Assembly (NCBI GenBank): GCA_950097015.1
Contig: CATNEN010000029.1
Span: forward strand, 2,108,001 to 2,172,000
Length of the DNA stretch: 64,000 nucleotides
Source of the DNA: Macrostomum hystrix
Taxonomy: Eukaryota; Animalia; Platyhelminthes
Direction: 5' to 3'
The notes under the pieces were generated by a model, which saw only the letters and a program-made list of their open reading frames with translations, was not told the DNA's origin and did no database searches. Of this stretch, positions 13,101 through 22,100 are shown one piece after another (positions within the stretch are counted from its first letter, which is position 1; each line of letters starts with the position of its first letter). The position numbers and the translations under genes were made by a program.

Positions 13101-16100
13101 ACAGCGGCAGCACCACGTCGGAGAGTATCTACGAGGCCGACCCCTGGACCTGCTACTTCTCGCCCGTCACTCTAGGAACGTGAGTCTCTTTTTCCATTAT
13201 TGCTACTGTTAGTAGTGTAAAAGTGCAAAAGCTCGAGTGGATAATTTGTGAAGCAAATCCTCCGCAGCAACGACACGAGCAAGGAATTCTTCATCGGCAT
13301 CCGGGCGGTGCGCACCCAAGCCAACAATCGGACGGGGCGCAACCCGAACCGCGTGCCGAACCTGGACTTGATGGTGCCCGACAGTGACTTCCTTGAGACC
13401 AATTATTCGATAACCACCTTTACAACTGGCTGCTACTATGTGGATATGAAGACATTCAGCTTGAGCACTAATGGAGTCTACGTGAGTTAGGGGCTTGTTC
13501 TCAATTTTAATAGTTACAGGGGCCGTTGGAAATTCTGTCTATCTCGCTGACCTTTGAGCACACATATTCTCAAGAAGACGTACGAATGTTCTGCGCGTAA
13601 ACCCTCACTCATGTGCGAAATCCCTAAAAATTATTTCTTAAAAAGTCAGCACAGAAAAAGCGCAAAATGCTATCCACGCTACTAACAGAATTTTCTAAAA
13701 ACCTTTCTAAATTTTCAGCTGAGCGAGTGCTCAACAATTGACGCCACCCTCTGCTACAGCAGCCATCTGACGTCGTTTATGTCGTCCTTTGTGGTGCCGC
13801 CAATTCAAATCGATCCAAGCGACTCGGCGTGGCTCAAGTTGGACTCGAATCCCATCGCCCTGGCGCTCATCTTGTCCATCGTCTGCTTCTACTTCATCAT
13901 CGTCATCTGGGTGCGGCGCAAGGACGAGAAGGACGTGGAAAGGGTTGGCATCACGCCGCTGATGGACAACCACCCGGCGGACTTGTTTAGGTGCGGCTCA
14001 ATTCAACACTCCCTGCATCACACACTCCCTGCATTACACACTCCCTGAATCACAAACTCCCTGCATCACACACTCCCTGCATCACACACTCCCTGCATCA
14101 CACAGTCCCTGCATCACACACTCCCTACATCACACATTCCTTGCATCACAAACTCCCTAAATCACACACTCCCTGCATCACAAACTCCCTGCATCACACA
14201 CTCCCTGCATCACACACTCCCTGCATCACACAGTCCCTGCATCACACACTCCCTACATCACACACTCCCTGCATCACAAACTCCCTACATCACACACTCC
14301 CTGCATCACAAACTCCCTGCATCACACATTCCCTGCATCACATACTCCCTAGATCCTTCCATCCCTGCATCACACACTCCACTAAAACATCAGCAGCTTC
14401 TGACATCAATCTAGTCTCATGCCACCCGCTGATCCTCTGCTTCAGGTACGAGCTGACCTTCTGGACCGGAGCTCGTCGTCAGGGCGGCACCACCGCCAAC
14501 GTGTCTCTCATCCTGTACGGCGAAGACGACGAATCGGCACCCCGACTCATCCAGGACCCGCAGCGACCCGTGCTTACCCGCGGCAGCGTTGACTCGTTCC
14601 TATTGACAACGCCGTACTACCTGGGCAAGCTCACTCACCTGCGAATATGGCACGACAACAGCGGTGGCAGTCCCAAGTGGTACCTGAATCGGCTCCTGAT
14701 TAATGACCTGCAGACTAACGAAAAGTACTTCTTTATCTGCAATCGCTGGTTTGCATTTGACGAGGAGGACGGAATGGTCAGTTTGGGTTGTAGAGAACTT
14801 TTTATAGGGTCCTAACTTGCTTCCTCTGAATAAATAAAAACTGGTGTAAAACGATAGAGGCTACTACATGCAGCACCCACTCCCTTCATCACACGCTCCC
14901 TGCATCATGCGATCCCAGCACTCTCTGCATCACAAACTCCCTGCATCACACACTCCTTGCATCAAAAACTCCCTGCATCACACACTCCCTACATCACACA
15001 CTCCTTGCATCACACACTCCCTACATCACACACTCCCTACATCACACACTCCTTGCATCACACACTCCTTGCATCACACACTCCCTACATCACACACTCC
15101 CTACATCACACACTCCTTGCATCACACACTCCTTGCATCACACATTCCCTACATCACATACTCCTTGCATCACACATTCACTACATCACATACTCCTTGC
15201 ATCACACATTCACTACATCACACACTCCTTGCATCACACACTCCCTACATCACACACTCCCTGCATCACACACTCCTTGCATCACACACTCCCTACATCA
15301 CACACTCCTTGCATCACACACTCCTTGCATCACACATTCCCTGCATCACATACTCCTTGCATCACACACTCCTTGCATCACACACTCCCTGCATCACACA
15401 CTCCTTGCATCACACACTCCTTGCATCACACACTCCCTGCATCGCTGCACTCCCTGCATCACACACTCCCTGCATCGCTGCACTCCCTGCATCACAATGC
15501 TCCATATATCACACTGCATGACAACACATAGAGCATGTTCTAAACCGGCTGATTCAAACCGCGGACTCAGGTGGACCGAATCCTGACCGTCTCCGGTCAC
15601 GAGGAGGTTCGCAAATTCGACGTCGTATTCTGGAGCAAGGCGCAGAAAAATCTGAACGATGGCCACATCTGGCTGTCGGTGGTGACTCGGCCTCCGAGGT
15701 CAAAGTTCACCAGGGTGCAGCGGGCCACCGCCTGCCTGGTGCTGCTGCTCAGCACAATGATGGTCAACCTGATGTTCTATGGTCAGAGCGCCAAGGTGGC
15801 CAGTCCTCAGTTAATCGAATTCGGCCCGGTGAAATTTACGGCGCACAGCATCTACCTGGCTACCGTCTCCACCCTCATCATCCTGCCCGTCAACGTCCTG
15901 ATCGTTGTACTATTCAAAAGCCGACGCTCTAAGCCGGCGCCGGGCGTCAAAAAGGTGGCCGTTCAGCCCAGATCCGCAGCTCACGATGAAGCAGAAGATG
16001 ACGATGACCAGAGCCGGCCGGCAACCAAAAACGCCAAGCCTCGCTCCGTGGTGACTCCGCGCTCCGTTCAGCTAAATGAGGGCTCCGAGCACGCCGGCGA

Positions 16101-19100
16101 CAGCCGCGTTGACATGAGCGGCAGGCAGCAGGGAGCCGAGACTGCCAACAATCACAATGATGACGACGACGACGAAGAGAAGAATAAGAAGCCGAGCCTG
16201 ATGACGCGCCTCCGGCCCTACATTAGGCGCTTCTGGCCGCTGCCCTGGTGGGTTTTGGCTTGAAATCATTCAAAATCAAGGCCCAAGCCCGCCATAGTGC
16301 TCCCAGGGACTACTTAACAGACTTAACAGTAGAAGAACACGTTTTTTTACCTGGGGAAAGGCAGCGGGGGTAATTCAAATACCCACTGCCTACTTCACGA
16401 TAGCTCCCAAACCGAATGTGGGAATGTGGGAGATTTTCGTTAAAGTGGACCATATAGATAAAAAAATTCTATTAATTAACTTTCAAGGCCGTCCGAAGTC
16501 AGCATCGACGAGATATTCAGCGATCCATGTAGAAAACCTAACACTGCTCTATATACACCTCTATGGCCAATCCACATTGGTTCAATATATAGTATGGTAA
16601 TTAACAACATAATCAAAAGTAATAGCCGCCATGGTTACATAATGAATTTTTTTAACAGAAAATAATGTATATATTGGTGTTTTTGCCACCAGACACCCGG
16701 CGAGAATCGTTGAATATCTCGACGATACGGACGTCTTGTAATTCTGGAAGCTTTTTCATCGATTTAGAGCGGAAAAGTTTCGCCAGTGTTCTGGATTTTT
16801 TTTTCGGAGATACAGAAAAAACAAAATGTGGGTATTTGAAATGCTCTTTCGGATCATGTCTTCTACGAGCGTATTAATACGGTCGTCAGAAGGACGTGAC
16901 GCTCGAGATTGACGTGAAAAATGTCTAATAAAGATTTCACTTTTAAACGGATGCACGTAGAAAAGTACTTATTTTGCTGGGACCTTCAAAATTCACCCCA
17001 ACTTAGGATAAATAAGCATATAGTATAGTTAATGACAAGTGTCCCCTCTGTGCTTCCAAAGCATGACTCGTTATAAACTTTTAGTAGGCTTTCCAGGACA
17101 GAAAATGTATTTCTGTGTATTGTCTTGTGCGAGAAGCGGTCACTGCCCTTGTGCCAAATGTTTTAGGCACAAAAACATTTATTTAGAATATACAACTGAT
17201 TAACGTACATAATAATTGCAGGAGGGCTGCGGGCAATGGCACATTATTTGGTGACACTGCGATTCTGCCAATTTCGCTGACTCCTGAGCACACACGCACA
17301 CAGGTGTGTACATCTGCCCTGACTTTCTCATCGTCAGGCAGTGTAAAATTTCACTGCGCCTTAGAGGTTGGCCCTCAAGGGCGTAAATTGCACTACAAGC
17401 CCCCAAGCCTTCTCTTCGCGGCTGCACCCAAAATAAATGTGGCCTCGCCGTGGAATCGAACTTAGGGACCGTGGTGCGAGAGGCAAACGCGTTAACCGCT
17501 CTGACACTCACCCCCCGATTAACGTACATACTTGTGAGTGGTCACAATTGGAACCACTCCAATACTCCAGGTGGACTCACTACGTGGCTTACTGTCTGGC
17601 CGTCGTGTGGGTCGGCGTCTGCACCTACCTCATGGTGGAGTTCGGTGGGGTTCTTGGCGAAGAGAAGACCGCCGAATGGCTGGCCGCAATGTTCGTGACG
17701 CTGTTCCAGTCCATCATTCTTGTGCAGCCGATCAAGATCGTAGCAATGGCCATTGTCTACGCCCTAGTGGTGAAGAAGATCGAAGAGGACGAAGACGAAG
17801 TCACCAAGGAGCTGGTGATGGCCGGCGCATCCAAGATGCACGAGCGCATGACCATGCGGGACCTGACCAATCCGGAGCGGATGAAGGCCTTCTTGAGGTC
17901 GCGCCGGGTGCCGCCGCCGCCGGATCAGGAGACGCTGCGCGAGCTGCGGGAACAGCGGTGAGCTGGGGCTCGGTGTAACCAGGAGCCGTTGCCATGCGGC
18001 TCCACCACTCTGGGCGGTTTTCCCCTGAGGACAGACTACGGGGGGAATTTCAAATACCCACTTCCTACTTAACGATAGCTACCAAAGCTCCCAAGGTTTT
18101 TGCCAGCAGACACCTTGACAAGAATCGTTGAATATCTCGATTCCGATGTTTTGTGAGTCTGAAAGTTGTATAGATCGGAAAAGTTTAGCCCGTGTTCTGC
18201 ATTTTCATAGCGATTCGTTAAATTTTTCAGGAGATACAGAATACAGCCGTTTATTATCTACTCGTAGTAGCTGATAGAGTAGGTGAATGACGCTTATTTT
18301 CAAGCTAATGAATCATTTTCAAATCGATTAAATTGCAGAATCAAAGAGCAGGCAATGAACGACATTCTTGCCGACATAATGTTCTACATACTGTTCCTGA
18401 TCATACTGACAATGGCCGCCTACACAAATCAAGACTATCGGTCATTTATCCAGAACAACCTGGTAAAGAACACCATCACAGGTAAGTTTGTGAAAACGCC
18501 GAAACCGCTAAACCTGGACAGTGTTCAACGCATGGAGGACCTGTACCCGTACGTCGGCAAGTTCGCGGCGCCGCTGCTCTACCCCACCGTCTGCTACAAC
18601 GGCGAAGAGTGCAACCAGGCAGGAAACGGGTGGAGCTGGGATCCGCAGCTGTTCCTGGTGCGCAAGGCCCAGCTAAGGCAGCTGCGAATCCGCAGACCGG
18701 GCACCTGCAGGATTGATCAGTACTTCAAAAATGCTATCTTCGAGTGCCGGCAAGAGTACAGCATGTTTAACGACGACGAGGCCACCTACCTGCCGTCCTG
18801 GCAGCCATACAACTCTAGCTGTGAGCCGTCCCTGCATTATCTCTTGTATTCTTAGAGTTGGTTTTTTAGTAGGTTAAGATTTCAGGTCTTGTTCAGATGG
18901 CAGCCCTCTGGAACTGGAGTGTCAGAAAACCACCCAATGTACATTGGCTTGTGGGTTCTGGAGCTGGAGCTCTTGCCCCCCACCCAATGTACATTGGCTT
19001 GTGGGTTCTGGAACTGGAGCTCTTGCCCCCCCACCCAATCTACATTGGCTTGTGGATTCTGGAACTGGAGCTCTTGCCCCCCACCCAATGTACATTGGCT

Positions 19101-22100
19101 TGTGGGTTCTGGAACTGGAGCTCTTGCCCCCCACCCAATGTACATTGGCTTGTGGGTTCTGGAACTGGAGCTCTTGCTCCCCACCCAATGTACATTGGCT
19201 TGTGGGTTCTGGAACTGGAGCTCTTGCCCCCCACCCAATGTACATTGGCTTGTGGGTTCTGGAACTGGAGCTCTTGCCCCCCACCCAATGTACATTGGCT
19301 TGTGGGTTCTGGAACTGGAGCTCTTGCCCCCCCACCCAATCTACATTGGCTTGTGGATTCTGGAACTGGAGCTCTTGCCCCCCACCCAATGTACATTGGC
19401 TTGTGGGTTCTGGAACTGGAGCTCTTGCCCCCCACCCAATGTACATTGGCTTGTGGGTTCTGGAACTGGAGCTCTTGCTCCCCACCCAATGTACATTGGC
19501 TTGTGGGTTCTGGAACTGGAGCTCTTGCCCCCCACCCAATGTACATTGGCTTGTGGGTTCTGGAACTGGAGCTCTTGCCCCCCACCCAATGTACATTGGC
19601 TTGTGGGTTCTGGAACTGGAGCTCTTGCCCCCCCACCCAATCTACATTGGCTTGTGGATTCTGGAACTGGAGCTCTTGCCCCCCACCCAATGTACATTGG
19701 CTTGTGGGTTCTGGAACTGGAGCTCTTGCCCCCCACCCAATGTACGTTGGCTTGTGGGTTCTGGAACTGGAGCTCTTGCCCCCCACCCAATCTACATTGG
19801 CTTGTGGATTCTGGAACTGGAGCTCTTGCCCCCCACCCAATGTACATTTGCTAGTGGGTTCTGGAACTGGAGCTCTTGCTCCCCACCCAATGTACATTGG
19901 CTAGTGGGTTCTGGAACTGGAGCTCTTGCCGCCCACCCAATGTACATTGGCTTGTGGGTTCTGGAACTGGAGCTCTTGCCCCCCACCCAATCTACATTGG
20001 CTTGTGGATTCTGGAACTGGAGCTCTTGCCCCCCACCCAATGTACATTTGCTAGTGGGTTCTGGAACTGGAGCTCTTGCTCCCCACCCAATGTACATTGG
20101 CTAGTGGGTTCTGGAACTGGAGCTCTTGCCGCCCACCCAATGTACATTGGCTTGTGGGTTCTGGAACTGGAGCTCGTGCCCCCCCACCCAATGTACATTG
20201 GCTTGTGGGTTCTGGAACTGGAGCTCTTGCCCCCCCACCCAATGTACATTGGCTTGTGGGTTCTGGAACTGGAGCTCTTGCCCCCCCACCCAATGTACAT
20301 TGGCTTGTGGGTTCTGGAACTGGAGCTCTTGCCCCCCCACCCAATGTACATTGGCTTGTGGGTTCTGGAACTGGAGCTCTTGCCCCCAATGTACTTTTAC
20401 TCGACTTGCCGCAGATCCCGTTGAGACCGAGTGGAGCTACACGGACGCGCTCCAGCTGTTCGGCACGCCCTACTCGGGCTACCTGAGCACCTACTCTGGC
20501 GGTGGCTACGTCGCCTCGTTAGGCAAATCGGCGGCCGAGGCCAAAGCTGAAACTGATCGACTATTCAATGCCAGCTGGATTGACAAGTACACCAGAGCAG
20601 TGTTCTTCGAATTTCTGCTGCTCAATCCGAGCACAAATCTGTTCACGTTCGCCGAGATTTTGTTCGAAGGTTTCAACGGTGGCAGCTTCATCAAGTACGT
20701 GCAGGTGTACACTCTACGACTGAATCGCTACGTCGGCGCCAACGGTGTATTCTTCATGGCTGTAGACATTGTGTCACTGATCTTCATTGTGGTGTTCGTC
20801 TACAGAGAGTCCAAGGAGTTGCACAAACTGGGCTGGCTGTACTTTAGGGTGAGCCGCCCGATTTCAACAATCCTTTAATTAAGAAAATTTCGTTTCTTGA
20901 CTCCACTCAAGCAATTTGAGTCCTATAGCAAGGCACTCAACTTTGGCTTGCTTCATTTCGTCCAGCTGTTAAATGGGTTCCAGCATTAGCTTTTTGCTGA
21001 GAAACTGTACTTTTGGCTGCACATGTCACCCGATTTAGCAGGTGTGATCAATAATACTAACAATGGAGTGAGGTGGGTGGAAGATCGATACGGAATGCGG
21101 AGTGAGGTGGATGCCAGAGCGAGGCGAAAAATGGAGTGAGGTGGGTGGCAGATTGTGACGGTATGGGGGTGTTTCAATTTTTAGAAAATTCAATCAAGGA
21201 AACCACTCTTTTGACACACCTAAGCACAAGCGTATGACAAATCTCAGCCAATTAATTCTTGATTGCTTTAAGTAGTTGAAGTGATTATATTTTCAGTAAG
21301 ACTACAAGACTACAAGCTTCTGTGCCTCTTTATTCACAGGACGTGTTCAACGTGATGGACTTCCTCCTGTTAATCTTCTGTTGTGTGGAGGTGGTTATGT
21401 CCGTTGTACGCGTCACCGCACAACAGGGCGTGTCCTACTTTATGAATAAGTATCCTGAAAGATTTGTCAACTTCCAATGGCTGATCATGTGGGAACAGGT
21501 GAGTTTATCTACCATTCACCGATCCACCTTCTCATCTAACCGCTGATATATCTACGCACTGCTCTATCTACGCACTCATCTATCTACACACTGATCTATC
21601 TACGCACTCATCTATCTACACACTGATCTATCTACGAACTAATCTATCTACATACTGATCTATCTACGCACTCATCTATCTACACACTGATCTATCTACG
21701 AACTAATCTATCTACGCTCTGATCTATCTACGCACTCATCTATCTACGCCTTGATCTATCTACGCATTGATCTATCAACGTGCTGATCTATCTACGCATT
21801 GATCTATCTACGCACTGATCTATCAACGTGCCAATCTATCTACGCCTTGATCTATCTAAGCACTGATCTATCTACGCATTGATCTATCTACGCCTTGACC
21901 TATCTACGCATTGATCTATCTACGCACTCATCTATCTACGCTCTGATCTATCTACGCACTAATCTATCTACGCTCTGATCTATCTACGCACTCATCTATC
22001 TACGCATTGATCTATCTACGCTCTGATCTATCTACGCACTCATCTATCTACGCATTGATCTATCTACGCACTGATCTATCAACGTGCTGATCTATCTACG

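Noticed and set aside
13991-15586. His/Thr-rich ORFs (HTPCITHSL)
   Set aside because: 16-bp intronic repeats; only 14446-14776 is coding.
18930-20390. CRISPR-like appearance (palindromic ~50-bp repeats)
   Set aside because: There are no unique spacers and no cas genes, and the context is a eukaryotic intron.
18882-20424. Many long overlapping ORFs (up to 386 aa) on both strands
   Set aside because: They are translations of the 50-bp intronic minisatellite, open in several frames and lying between in-phase PKD1-like exons.
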